Origin: a virus | Taxonomy: Duplodnaviria > Caudoviricetes | Virus record (IMG/VR): IMGVR_UViG_3300047160_036266 | Coordinates: 1 to 64,000 of that record | Length of the DNA stretch: 64,000 bases | Direction: 5' to 3' (one strand) | Shown: positions 37,390-47,032 of the stretch, one piece after another | Layout of the letters: every line of letters begins with the position of its first letter | How positions within the stretch are numbered: position 1 is the first letter of the stretch | Translations under genes and position numbers: made by a program | The notes under the pieces: generated by a model | The model's database searches: none | Seen by the model: only the letters and a program-made list of their open reading frames with translations | Told to the model about the DNA's origin: nothing

Positions 37390-38067
37390 CTACTGCCGGT
37401 GGACCCCGCAGTTGTCCCGCAAGTAGAAATTAAGAGTGATCTTGCCGGTGTGGCACCACTTGATGTCCGGCACCCAGCGCTTCACCAAGTCCCAATCGCT
37501 GCACTTCGGGACGTAGCGCCAGCCACCGAACTTGAATATGAGATGGCGGCGGTGCATCATCTCGGAGGTATCAATGTAACCGGCTTCGGGCAGAGCGTTG
37601 TGCAGCCGCTCGTGTACGAGCTTGAGGTTGGTGTCAAATAGGCGCGTGCCTGTATAGGCGAGATCGCTTTTGGTGGCGGTGATAACCCGATACAGGCTCT
37701 CCAGATGGTCCTCGTCGTACCAGTTGTCATCATCGAGGTAGGCGATGAGGTCTTCGTCACTGTTGAGGATAGCGAAGTTCCTTGGCCCCCAACCCGACCC
37801 ACTCAAATGGATGGGTAGTCGGTGGAAAGAGAAGCGATGGTCCTCCTTGGCAAGCTGGTGGCCATATTCCACCGTCTCCTGGCAGGCATCGCACTCCAGG
37901 CAGGGCCGTTCGGAATAGAGCGCACTGCACGCCCAGCGGCAGCCGTCCTTCACGACCATGCAGTGAAAATCGGGATGTGTTTGTGCCTTTAAGGATTTGC
38001 TGGCCCGATCCAACCAATCCTTTGGCGAGTGGTATGTCGGCATAACCACCAGGATTCTTTCCTTCAC
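37390..38067 (-). CDS. Glycosyltransferase family 2 protein
   Basis: ILVVMPTY, VVKDG, PRN.AI, IAYLDDDN; GTG start after GGAGGG. Confidence 0.88.
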   Translation of the reverse strand: MKERILVVMPTYHSPKDWLDRASKSLKAQTHPDFHCMVVKDGCRWACSALYSERPCLECDACQETVEYGHQLAKEDHRFSFHRLPIHLSGSGWGPRNFAILNSDEDLIAYLDDDNWYDEDHLESLYRVITATKSDLAYTGTRLFDTNLKLVHERLHNALPEAGYIDTSEMMHRRHLIFKFGGWRYVPKCSDWDLVKRWVPDIKWCHTGKITLNFYLRDNCGVHRQ

Positions 38068-38241
38068 GGACCCTCCTGGTTCTCCTAGTCTGTGGTATCT
38101 AGGGAACCAGAGGCCAAAAATAAGGCTGCCCAAGCGAATGCCTGAGCAGCCTTGCGACAAGGAGAACCCGTCCTGGGAGATAGGGATGGCTAACAACACC
38201 CCCACAGGGAATCCGTCCGCCCCTTAATAGAGCAAGTACCG

Positions 38242-38418
38242 TCAATCTTTCCTCAACTCCGGCCAGAATATAACCAGGGCCAGGAAGAGACAACAGCCGC
38301 CGAAAATCAATGAGACATGGATCGAATTCGGGGAAAGGGGGTCTGCCGTAAGCTCGCAGGCCACCAAAAGGCTCACGGCGAGGATGATGAACAGGAAAAG
38401 CTTTAGTACAATCCTCAT
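38242..38418 (-). CDS. Small 2-TM membrane protein (not in ORF track)
   Basis: Read manually: MRIVLKLFLFIILAVSLLVACELTADPLSPNSIHVSLIFGGCLFLALVIFWPELRKD, 58 aa. Confidence 0.45.
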   Translation of the reverse strand: MRIVLKLFLFIILAVSLLVACELTADPLSPNSIHVSLIFGGCCLFLALVIFWPELRKD

Positions 38419-38544
38419 CTTTTCCCCCTAGATAGAATTTAAGGCAAACCGGGCCTCAGATCAAGGCGGTTCATACTTTCCTGGTTGTCTCATTCAAAAA
38501 CTATCCAGCGCGACTCTATTAGCGTTGGCACAAAAGGAGGGTTT

Positions 38545-39342
38545 ATGCACAAACTGTTCGGCGCTCTGCTGGCGCTCGCAATATTCATCACACCGGCCTT
38601 GGCACAACCGCAACAAGACCAGGATCAAGACCGGGGCCAGGCCCCACCCGCCGCCAAGGCACCGCCTGGCAATGGGGCACCGAAACCTGGCGCAAACAAG
38701 GCCGAAGGTATTGAGATGCCGCCGGACATGAAGGTAAATAACGATGAGGGATTCGTAACCCTCACCGCCACCTGCAAAGGGCCGGTCAAGTTTCTCGTTA
38801 TAAGTGCCAACAAGGTAAAATATATCAGCAACGATAATACCATCGTGGTGTCCATCCCTTGCACGGGCGGACTCATCACGGTATTCGCCATTGGCACCGT
38901 GGACGGCAAGCCAACGGATTTCGTGTCTACTAATATTGTGGTAGGGACGACTCCGGGGGCCACTCCCCCTGGGCCTGTGCCGCCTGGGACGACCCCGCCT
39001 GGTCCTGTGCCACCTGGAACGAACCCGCCCGCAGCAGTGAAAGGTCCGTACCATGTGACGTTCGTACTGGATTTGAACCAGACGACGCCGCAAATTGCCC
39101 AAGTGCTGAACAGTCAGACGCTCCGCAAGACGATAACAGACGCCGGCAATTTCTTCCGAATATATGATAAGACATCACCCATAGTGGGGCAACGGGGCCT
39201 GGACAAAGTAATGGCTCAGGTCGGTGGCACCAATGCTATGGTAGTGCAAACGGGTGACGGTGCGGTGGTGTCAGCCACGCCGATACCAAGCACGGAGGCG
39301 GATGTATTGGCCACCCTTAGAAAAGTCGGAGGCGTACCCTAA
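38545..39342 (+). CDS. Secreted protein with Pro-rich linkers
   Basis: AGGAGG RBS; signal peptide MHKLFGALLALAIFITPALA-Q; PPG repeats. Confidence 0.8.
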   Translation: MHKLFGALLALAIFITPALAQPQQDQDQDRGQAPPAAKAPPGNGAPKPGANKAEGIEMPPDMKVNNDEGFVTLTATCKGPVKFLVISANKVKYISNDNTIVVSIPCTGGLITVFAIGTVDGKPTDFVSTNIVVGTTPGATPPGPVPPGTTPPGPVPPGTNPPAAVKGPYHVTFVLDLNQTTPQIAQVLNSQTLRKTITDAGNFFRIYDKTSPIVGQRGLDKVMAQVGGTNAMVVQTGDGAVVSATPIPSTEADVLATLRKVGGVP

Positions 39343-39444
39343 ACCGCCATTATAACTTGGGCCAGAGCGCCCCTCCTAAAACAATTACAGCCGCCGAAGG
39401 ACCGATAAAGGTATAATGAAGGAGTAAGTTGAGGGATCGAGATA

Positions 39445-41169
39445 ATGAAGCTGTTGTTAAGTGCCCTCCTCGCACTTGCTATGGTCGTGGGCCTGTTGGT
39501 CATTCCCACACCGCAAGATGCGAAGGGCCAATATGCACAAGCGACGGAGGTACTTTATACACCCGATACTTCAGTAAAGTTTGCCCTGGCGGATTTGGCG
39601 AGCATTGACCCGTCAATCCAACCGTATATTCGTTACCTTTCCTTGTACAATGTGCCAAAAGTTCACCGCCAGAAGATCGGTGAAACGGTATCTTTCGTTA
39701 TAAACTCGCTTAGTACCCGTCGCCAAATCTACATTCCCGTCTTCGTCGGGGGCAGTGACAGTACGGTTATACGTCTCAACCTCAAAGATTACAATATCGA
39801 CCCCAAGCAGTGGGACAAGCTCGGCAAAGAGGGGAGCGGGGTCCGCCCATTCCCCGAACCATACTTCCACATCCTGCTCAGCGAAGCCAACTGCAACTTC
39901 ATGGACAAGAACGGCATCAAGTACACCAAACCGGGGCAGAAGGCCGAGAACAAAAAGACCGAGAAGAAGAAGGTCCAAAAGGAGGTCAAACGCCAAAAAC
40001 AAGTCTTCACGGGCTACTACGATCAGTTGCGCAGACCGATCTACGAAACAAGGACCGTCACCGAAACCATCGAGGTTGAGGAGGAAGTGCCAGTAACCGT
40101 GCCCGACGTGGTTGCCGGAGGCGCAATATTCACCCAGGCTCCGTGGTTAGACCCGGTAGCCATCTCCCAGCTAATGACCCTGTGCAACTCCGAATGTCCC
40201 ATATTTCGGGCGGACTGGTTCATCGTCAACGCCACCCTACCCCCAGCTTACTACAACTTCCTGGGCCTGGGTAAGAAGGAGAAGGACTTCGAGGGCCTGG
40301 TGTTCGCCAACGAGGAACTGGCGAAGAAGGCCCGCTCCCAATTCAAGGCCGTGGTCGTCCAGTCGATGGTGGCTCGGAATAACCGCACCCTGGTGCGCAG
40401 TCCAACCTTCACCAACGGCTATTATTGGGCCAGCCACGACGTTCTCAACAGCATCAATGAGAAAAACCTTCTCATCAACTTTCTCAACGAGAAGTTCGAT
40501 GCCAGCGAGATCATCGGCACCCTTCCCAACGGCCTCCAGGCGTATTTCGTCTCGGACGGCAAAGGCAACCGTCTGGACTTCGCCAACCCCGACGTGGCCA
40601 TCGACAATACCGCCGTGGACCGGATTGTGCGGACAGGGCGAAGCTGCATGGTCTGCCACGCCGAAGGCATCAAGCCCATCGAAGACAATATCCGCCTCCT
40701 CAACAGAAAGCTCACCAACCTGGAGAGCGTGCGGCTCATGGTCACGGACGAGGAACAGGCGTATCAGGTAGTCGATCTGTTCGGTTCGGACCTGGATAAA
40801 CAGATCGTCAAGGACCAGCAAATATATCATGACGCCATCGGCCTGACCAACGGACTCAATGCCCCCGACAACGGCAAGCAGTTCGGTATCATATGGGACG
40901 CCTACCAGGAGTGGAATCTCACCAAGGAAGTGATCTGTAGGGAATGCGTCTGCACTCCCCAGCAGTTGGAATCGTACATCCGCATGTCGAACGATCCCAT
41001 TATGCTAGGACTCATCAAGCTACCTATACGTCCCGTGCGTAGGGACCAGTTTGAACAATCCTACGGAGCATTCATGCTCTTGATACAGGTGGCCAGGGCG
41101 CAGGGCGGTGTCCCAGCGGTAACACCCGCCACGCCGCCAGCCGTGCCAATCTTCACGCCAAAAAAGTAA
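39445..41169 (+). CDS. Secreted protein with single CxxCH heme-c motif
   Basis: Signal peptide; GYYWASHD, LPNGLQAYF..DG.G.R.D, GRSCMVCHAEG. Confidence 0.75.
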   Translation: MKLLLSALLALAMVVGLLVIPTPQDAKGQYAQATEVLYTPDTSVKFALADLASIDPSIQPYIRYLSLYNVPKVHRQKIGETVSFVINSLSTRRQIYIPVFVGGSDSTVIRLNLKDYNIDPKQWDKLGKEGSGVRPFPEPYFHILLSEANCNFMDKNGIKYTKPGQKAENKKTEKKKVQKEVKRQKQVFTGYYDQLRRPIYETRTVTETIEVEEEVPVTVPDVVAGGAIFTQAPWLDPVAISQLMTLCNSECPIFRADWFIVNATLPPAYYNFLGLGKKEKDFEGLVFANEELAKKARSQFKAVVVQSMVARNNRTLVRSPTFTNGYYWASHDVLNSINEKNLLINFLNEKFDASEIIGTLPNGLQAYFVSDGKGNRLDFANPDVAIDNTAVDRIVRTGRSCMVCHAEGIKPIEDNIRLLNRKLTNLESVRLMVTDEEQAYQVVDLFGSDLDKQIVKDQQIYHDAIGLTNGLNAPDNGKQFGIIWDAYQEWNLTKEVICRECVCTPQQLESYIRMSNDPIMLGLIKLPIRPVRRDQFEQSYGAFMLLIQVARAQGGVPAVTPATPPAVPIFTPKK

Positions 41170-41246
41170 TGCGGCCCTTGAAAAAACGATAACTAAAACT
41201 CTATTACTGGACCTGCGGCCCTATTGCGCTGCCGGGAAAGGAAATA

Positions 41247-42431
41247 ATGAAAGGTAAAATTCTAGGTTGCCTTCTGGCACTTATTGCCCTTACGTTCGTA
41301 GTTTCACCCGCCTTTGGGCAGTGCAGAGGCCGTCGCTGCGGATACCCATGCAGTAGTCCCGTCTATGTCCCACAAAACTTCACCCCCGTAGTTTCTTACC
41401 CCGTGAAAGAAAAGGTCATTGTAAAAGAAGTCATCACGCCGGTGGAAGTCCCGGTCGCTGTGCCCGTGGTGGTGCCGGCCTTCACATTCCAATATGTGCC
41501 GCCGCCGGCCCCAATTATAGCCCAACAGGCCGCACCCGTGAGTGTTGCGCCGCCACCACAGTACATGGCACCACCGCCTGCCCAATACGCTGCCCCGCCA
41601 GCACCCTGTCCGCCCGGCTATGCGGCACCGCCCGTCAATTACGGTGCCTACGCTAGTGGACCGGGCCTCGTGAGCGGCGGCTACGCCGGCACATCGCCCT
41701 CGTTCAGTGGCCCCTATTCTTCGCCATACGCCACGCCGCCGCCGCAACCAGGCTATGCACCGCCCCCGCAAGGCTATGCACCGCCGCAGCCACCGCCAGG
41801 ATATGCACCCCAAGGCATGGCCCCTTCACCGGGCTATCCGATGGCAGCGGCTCCCCAGCCCACCGCTGCGGCTGGAGTGAACTGCAATTTCACTGATGTA
41901 CAGATTAAGCAGTTGGCAGCCGCCGTTCTGGCAGAAATGTACCGGCAGAGCGGGCCGGGACCAAGCTCAACCCCAGGTGCGGCTCCCTCAGACAGCGGCC
42001 CGCCACCTGTTACGGGCATTGCACCGCCCGCCGGAACGATGCCAGGTCCACCGTCCGCCTCCCCAGCCGCCGGAACGCCCGGCACTGGTCCGGGCGGCTA
42101 TCCTGCTGTTACGCCTCCCCCGCCGCCGGCGCAGCCTAGCTCTTATCCGCCAACAACGGCGGCTCCGGTGAGCGGGAGGCCGTTACCCAACAGTCCCTAT
42201 GCCGTCAACGCCATCGCCGCCCTCAGCCGCAACTGTGCCTATTGTCACACGGGCGGCGGGGCGCGTGGCGATACGGTCATCTTCTTGCAACCGGGTATCC
42301 TGAACCCAGACGCACCCTTTCGCAGCATGGAAAGGGAAATGCAGGCCGGACGAATGCCACCAAGAAACTCTCAATTCCGTCCCAGCCCCGAAGAATACGG
42401 TCTAATCATGGCCTGGCTCTCGGGCCAATAA
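41247..42431 (+). CDS. Secreted Pro-rich protein with C-terminal cytochrome c-like domain
   Basis: Signal peptide ending AFG-Q; RNCAYCHTGG followed by RMPP (possible axial Met). Confidence 0.75.
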   Translation: MKGKILGCLLALIALTFVVSPAFGQCRGRRCGYPCSSPVYVPQNFTPVVSYPVKEKVIVKEVITPVEVPVAVPVVVPAFTFQYVPPPAPIIAQQAAPVSVAPPPQYMAPPPAQYAAPPAPCPPGYAAPPVNYGAYASGPGLVSGGYAGTSPSFSGPYSSPYATPPPQPGYAPPPQGYAPPQPPPGYAPQGMAPSPGYPMAAAPQPTAAAGVNCNFTDVQIKQLAAAVLAEMYRQSGPGPSSTPGAAPSDSGPPPVTGIAPPAGTMPGPPSASPAAGTPGTGPGGYPAVTPPPPPAQPSSYPPTTAAPVSGRPLPNSPYAVNAIAALSRNCAYCHTGGGARGDTVIFLQPGILNPDAPFRSMEREMQAGRMPPRNSQFRPSPEEYGLIMAWLSGQ

Positions 42432-42514
42432 AGATTGTTCTAAAATCTTGCCTTCAGCGGGATATATACCTGACGGGGAATTTCCCCGTTTTGCATCCCT
42501 AGCTAGGAGGTAAC

Positions 42515-43453
42515 ATGAAAAAGTTCTTTTTTGGTGTGGCGACCACCGTTGCGCTATTAGTAGCCATGTTCGTTGCCACCCCGCAGGCATCCGCCCACGG
42601 CTTTGGCTATGGGGGCGGCTTCCGCAGTTCATTTGGATTTAGTCGAGGCTTCGGCTTTGGAGGCTACGGCTTCGGCTATCCTGGTTTCTACAACCGCTTC
42701 GGTTTTGGCGGTTATGGGTACGGCCTGGGCTTCGGCTATGGGTACAGTTACCCATTTGCCTCGTACCAGTTTGCGTACCCGGCAGTAGCCTCGTATGCGT
42801 CCTACGCCTATCCGGTGGCGTTCGCCCAATCCGCACCGCAGTTGCAGTACAGCTACCCGGCTGCGGCCCCGGTGCAGCAGGCGTCTTATGCCATCTGCCC
42901 GACCTACAGCTATCAGCAGTCGTATGCACCCAGCTACAGCTATCAGCAGTCGTATGCCCCGGCATATGGCTACCAGCAGTCCTACAGCTACCCGCAGTCG
43001 TACTACCCGTATCAGCAGGACTACAGCTATCAGCAGCCGTACAGCTATCAGGCAGCGCCGCAATATAGCTATCAGGCAGCCCCGCAATATAGCTATCAGG
43101 CAGCCCCGACGTATGCCTATTCGGCCCCGGCCTACAGCTACAGCTATCAGGCCCCGGTCAGCTACAGTTTGCCGGCCTACTCGACGTACTCGTTCCCACA
43201 GGTGTTTGCGGCAAGCTTTTACCCGTACTTCAACTACGGATACGGCTTCCGCCCTCGCCCAGAATTGTACAGTGCAAACCGCTTCGCCTTCAACAACCGC
43301 TTCGCCTTCAACAGCCGATTCGCGTTCAATAACCGATTCGCGTTCGGGGGCAATCGGTTCGCCGGTGGCGGATTCCGTTTCAATGAGGCGGTAAACGTCC
43401 GGGCGGGGAATGTCCGGTTCAACGAGCGGGTGAATATCCGTGGTGGCCGCTAA
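42515..43453 (+). CDS. Secreted low-complexity Gly/Tyr/Gln/Phe-rich repeat protein
   Basis: Signal peptide ending ASA-H; GFG/GYG tract, YSYQQSYAP and YSYQAAP repeats, NRFAF x4. Confidence 0.75.
   Translation: MKKFFFGVATTVALLVAMFVATPQASAHGFGYGGGFRSSFGFSRGFGFGGYGFGYPGFYNRFGFGGYGYGLGFGYGYSYPFASYQFAYPAVASYASYAYPVAFAQSAPQLQYSYPAAAPVQQASYAICPTYSYQQSYAPSYSYQQSYAPAYGYQQSYSYPQSYYPYQQDYSYQQPYSYQAAPQYSYQAAPQYSYQAAPTYAYSAPAYSYSYQAPVSYSLPAYSTYSFPQVFAASFYPYFNYGYGFRPRPELYSANRFAFNNRFAFNSRFAFNNRFAFGGNRFAGGGFRFNEAVNVRAGNVRFNERVNIRGGR
42905..43110 (+). repeat. Coding tandem repeats (30-bp YSYQQSYAP x2; 24-bp YSYQAAPQ x3)
   Basis: ctacagctatcagcagtcgtatgc occurs twice; tagctatcaggcagc recurs at 24-bp spacing; boundaries approximate. 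Confidence 0.7.
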
Positions 43454-43469
43454 ACAAGTCGCCTAAATG

Positions 43470-43512
43470 CAGAAACGCCACAGTGTCCATACAAGACTCT
43501 GTGGCGTTTCTG
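43470..43512. terminator. Intrinsic terminator between convergent operons
   Basis: cagaaacgccacag...ctgtggcgtttctg followed by T-run. Confidence 0.75.
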
Positions 43513-43527
43513 TTTCTAGGAGGACTT

Positions 43528-44007
43528 CTACTCGGCGGTCACTTTCAGCGATACGCCCTCAACCTGAGTTAAGTACCACTGACCGTTAATCCTTTCATAA
43601 TACATCTTCGCCAACCCCGAAAGCGTCAGGAGCTTTGGCGTCCCTGGGGGCGGCGGTTTCTTGGCATCCTTGTCCTTTTCCTTCTCGTTCAACGAGGGCG
43701 GGTTCGGGCTGACGATATTCGCGTGGGCAGTCACATCCACCACAACCACCACATTGTCATCCAGAGCCTTCCGGCTGACGACCTTGGTGGTAAGTCGCTG
43801 ATCGGTGTTAAACCCCCACAATTGCCCGGCAGGCAAAGTTACCGACCGGCCAAGGAGGTCGGCGGCAAAATTCTCGTCGCTCACCGTGAAGGTCGAGGGC
43901 ATCGTGGTGACGGGGCCATTGGACTTCGAGGTATACGCACGCTCGTAGACCAAATATCCCACACCCAGGAGGATAAGAACAGACAGTATTGGGGGAATTA
44001 TCTTCAT
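43528..44007 (-). CDS. Membrane-anchored hypothetical protein
   Basis: N-terminal TM segment MKIIPPILSVLILLGVGYLVY. Confidence 0.65.
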   Translation of the reverse strand: MKIIPPILSVLILLGVGYLVYERAYTSKSNGPVTTMPSTFTVSDENFAADLLGRSVTLPAGQLWGFNTDQRLTTKVVSRKALDDNVVVVVDVTAHANIVSPNPPSLNEKEKDKDAKKPPPPGTPKLLTLSGLAKMYYERINGQWYLTQVEGVSLKVTAE

Positions 44008-44711
44008 TTTCGTTCCTCTGAAATCGCAATGAACTTCCATTGAATCGGCGGCACCGGGGCGTTAGGACGGGCTTGTGGCTTAGCGGCAGGTGCAGTGAGG
44101 ATTATCGCGTCCTCCACTTTGGTTTCTTCCTTCTTCGCAACCACCGTATCAGTCTTCTTGCGCTCTTCGGGCAGGACTACCAACACCCAACCGTCCCACC
44201 AGTAGTCCCACCATTTCCTGGTAGCAGTATAAACCGCCTGGTCGTTAGAGTCAATATAGCGGACCTCTTTATCATTATAGTCGATCAAGGTGACGGCGTG
44301 CGCCCCGTCCCCCAAAGCACCGGAACGAACCGCAGCAGCGCAGCCCAGCTTGTTCTTCATGGCGTACTTGACCAGGCCAGTATCGTAACTGCCCGTGTTG
44401 GCCATCTTGTACTTCACGCCGATCTTATCGAGCTTATCCCGGATCGTCCAATCGTAGCCGGCGTTGTGCTTGTACAGCACGGTGCGGCCCCACTGGTCCC
44501 GCACATAAACGTCGGTGTCTTTCTGCCGTTTTTCCACCAACCCAACCAATTTTTCAACGCCGTGATGCCGACCAAGGGTTTCAATCGAACACCAGGCACA
44601 ATAACCGGGGCTAACATTCTCTACCCTGTCCTTCTTGGCAATCTGCACCTGGGCGTTGGCGAACCCGGTCAGGGCCAGAAATAGGAATAGAGACACCAGC
44701 AATCGCTTCAT
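44004..44711 (-). CDS. Secreted papain-like (C39-like) cysteine peptidase
   Basis: Signal peptide; GYCAWCS, AHAVTL, YIDSN (Cys-His-Asp/Asn). Confidence 0.65.
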   Translation of the reverse strand: MKRLLVSLFLFLALTGFANAQVQIAKKDRVENVSPGYCAWCSIETLGRHHGVEKLVGLVEKRQKDTDVYVRDQWGRTVLYKHNAGYDWTIRDKLDKIGVKYKMANTGSYDTGLVKYAMKNKLGCAAAVRSGALGDGAHAVTLIDYNDKEVRYIDSNDQAVYTATRKWWDYWWDGWVLVVLPEERKKTDTVVAKKEETKVEDAIILTAPAAKPQARPNAPVPPIQWKFIAISEERK

Positions 44712-44719
44712 ACGTTTCC

Positions 44720-45595
44720 TTAAAGTTTATCACGAGGCATTATGACAGTCTCCGAACCGTCCCAGCACCGTTCGTAACGAAGGCCGTTAAAGAGGGCTGG
44801 CATCTCTTTCTCCATGATCTTGGCGATCTGAACGTAGACCTCCCGGATCACGGCCTCGGCATGTTCGTTGGCCCGCAGGACGATGCAGTTCCACACCGCC
44901 CGTGCGTTGGCACTCATCACCATGATGGCTTCGGTGGCAATGGGCAGGATGTCGCGTGCGGCCCCTCGTGCAGCCTTACGCATCATCCGGGCGCGTTCCT
45001 TCTCGTCATATTTCTCCAAGCTGTGCATGAAGGCCGGATTGTCCTTCAGGTCGTCCTCGATCATGTGGAGCAGGTCCACATAAGCTTCCTGGCTCCGGTG
45101 CAGCTTCGCAGCAAAGGCAGCGCTGGTTTGCGGGTCAAGCTGAGCCAGCGTAGGAATGCAGAAACCTGGCTCCCAGGTGCCCTCTTCTTCCTCACGCTCG
45201 AAGTCGCAATAACGGGTACTAAGCTGGGAATAGGCCCAGCCGGTACGATGCCGAACCTGTTCGTGAGAAAAACCACGCCCGGCCCCAACGATCAAGAAGC
45301 TCCAGCATGGATGCTCCGTAACCGAACCGTGAGCCGGGCCTGGTTTCCATGAACCATCCGGGTTACGTCCCAATAAATTCTGAATATAGCGCCAGTTTGT
45401 CTTGCTGCCCGCCTTCTTCCCGAAGGACATATAACAGCAACGTCCCGCTACTTCCACCAGCCGCTCGGCTGCCGTTACCCCCTCGGTCGGGGTCGGCCAG
45501 TCCAACTTTTGGTCGGCCAGGAATTGAGCCAGCCCCTCTTCAACGATCTGGGGCCGGGCAATGAGGTACACCTTCGGAGTTTTCAGTATGCGCAT
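44720..45595 (-). CDS. thyX: Flavin-dependent thymidylate synthase ThyX
   Basis: AGRCCYMS, H.SV.EH, SHEQVRHR...YSQLSTRY, AR..LP. Confidence 0.93.
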   Translation of the reverse strand: MRILKTPKVYLIARPQIVEEGLAQFLADQKLDWPTPTEGVTAAERLVEVAGRCCYMSFGKKAGSKTNWRYIQNLLGRNPDGSWKPGPAHGSVTEHPCWSFLIVGAGRGFSHEQVRHRTGWAYSQLSTRYCDFEREEEEGTWEPGFCIPTLAQLDPQTSAAFAAKLHRSQEAYVDLLHMIEDDLKDNPAFMHSLEKYDEKERARMMRKAARGAARDILPIATEAIMVMSANARAVWNCIVLRANEHAEAVIREVYVQIAKIMEKEMPALFNGLRYERCWDGSETVIMPRDKL

Positions 45596-45607
45596 CCATC
45601 ACGCTCC

Positions 45608-45934
45608 TTACCAGCCAGTGTTGAAATACTTGATGAAATGGGCCGTCAACCACTTCTGGCTAACACCCACAAAAGAATAATACTCGACGTGACGCTCATA
45701 TTCCAGGGCTATCGCCTTGGTTACTTCTTTTTTGATTATTTCCCGCATCTCCTCGCGTGTCAGGTCGGGCCTGGTGGTGAGGAGAAGGTCGGCAATAGGG
45801 TCATTGAACTTGGGAAGCAGAAGGTGTTCGAGTCGCTTCAGTTCATGCTTGAGTGAAATGGTCTTGAGATATGCGGTGGAAAGCCAAGGCAACGGTGCCT
45901 TCCCCTCCTTGCGATTGAGCCAATAGTTCTTCAT
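45608..45934 (-). CDS. Hypothetical protein (MKNYWL N-terminus)
   Basis: 108-aa ORF. Confidence 0.55.
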   Translation of the reverse strand: MKNYWLNRKEGKAPLPWLSTAYLKTISLKHELKRLEHLLLPKFNDPIADLLLTTRPDLTREEMREIIKKEVTKAIALEYERHVEYYSFVGVSQKWLTAHFIKYFNTGW

Positions 45935-45951
45935 ACCCTATTATAGTACGC

Positions 45952-46155
45952 TCACTTCCAGCTACTAAAAAGCATGGGCTGCACATGACCCGCCAGGCCC
46001 ACGCATTCGCCATCTTTATCGTACTTGCAGCCGAACTGACCCTGGGCCGGACCACGGCGGACGAGCGGCATAATCTGGCGAGCGAAGACGGCAACGGCGT
46101 TGGTGCCCGTACCCACTTCCTGAAGCTTGAGCCATTCTTTGAATTGAAGTTTCAT
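45952..46155 (-). CDS. Small protein with CTS-like N-terminus (MKLQFKEWL)
   Basis: GAGG RBS; FKEWL motif. Confidence 0.55.
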   Translation of the reverse strand: MKLQFKEWLKLQEVGTGTNAVAVFARQIMPLVRRGPAQGQFGCKYDKDGECVGLAGHVQPMLFSSWK

Positions 46156-46160
46156 GGTCC

Positions 46161-46625
46161 TCACATCGGTGGTCCGCCCATGCCAGGTGGCCCACCGGGC
46201 GGCGCGCCGCCGGCACCACCAGCGGTAACAGCCTGCCAACCCTGACCGACCAAATCGGCTAGGTCTTTGCGGCTGACCCGGCCCGAATGTCTGCCGTGCT
46301 TCTGTTGCCTTGCGCCACCCTTGAAGGCTCGGCTGGGAACCTCATCACCATATGTCTCTATATCCGCCCCGTGCGTACCCATGTGCCTGATCTTAAAGGG
46401 CATCAGCTTCCAGTCCAGGTCATCGAAGGAAATATGCGCCCCCACCTGCGGTTCCGTCTGATAGATTTTGACCAAAACCTCCGGCGGAATGTCCAACTCC
46501 TCCTGCTCGCCACCGAACAGGTCCATCGGCTGTTCCTTGTCATCCTTCTTTTTGCCCTTGTCCTCTGGAGCCTTGCGTTCCAGGTCTTCAAGGAAACGCC
46601 GAAAACCGGCGAGGGTAGTTTTCAT
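46161..46625 (-). CDS. Hypothetical protein (GFRRFLE N-terminus, Gly/Pro tail)
   Basis: 154 aa; coupled to the upstream gene. Confidence 0.6.
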   Translation of the reverse strand: MKTTLAGFRRFLEDLERKAPEDKGKKKDDKEQPMDLFGGEQEELDIPPEVLVKIYQTEPQVGAHISFDDLDWKLMPFKIRHMGTHGADIETYGDEVPSRAFKGGARQQKHGRHSGRVSRKDLADLVGQGWQAVTAGGAGGAPPGGPPGMGGPPM

Positions 46626-46990
46626 TTACTTACCACCTTCACGGCGTCCGATATAAGCCGGTCAATTAGCCCCTCGATGCGGCCCACGTCCAAGGGATGC
46701 TGGGCCTTGGCGTCCAACTCCTTGATTTCATCCATGACCTTGGTGCGCATTTCCTTGATCTTCAGAAGGCATTCATCGGGATCGCTCTCCTGACTCAATT
46801 CCCGCAGGCAAAACTGCTCGATCTCCTCCAAGGCGTACACAACCAATTCCCGCACGCTGTCGTCGGCAATGTAGTCCTGGGTTCGGGGATCACGGACGGA
46901 GCGGGCAAGCTCCACGGCCTTCTGCGCCACGGAGTCATACCTGCGGTCCTCCCGTAGCAACACATATTGCCGAAAACTTAATGGAACCAT
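46622..46990 (-). CDS. Hypothetical protein (SFRQYV N-terminus)
   Basis: TATATA directly upstream of the ATG. Confidence 0.6.
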   Translation of the reverse strand: MVPLSFRQYVLLREDRRYDSVAQKAVELARSVRDPRTQDYIADDSVRELVVYALEEIEQFCLRELSQESDPDECLLKIKEMRTKVMDEIKELDAKAQHPLDVGRIEGLIDRLISDAVKVVSK

Positions 46991-47032
46991 AAAGCTATAT
47001 ATCAAAGGAACCGATTTATATTTGGAGTCATC

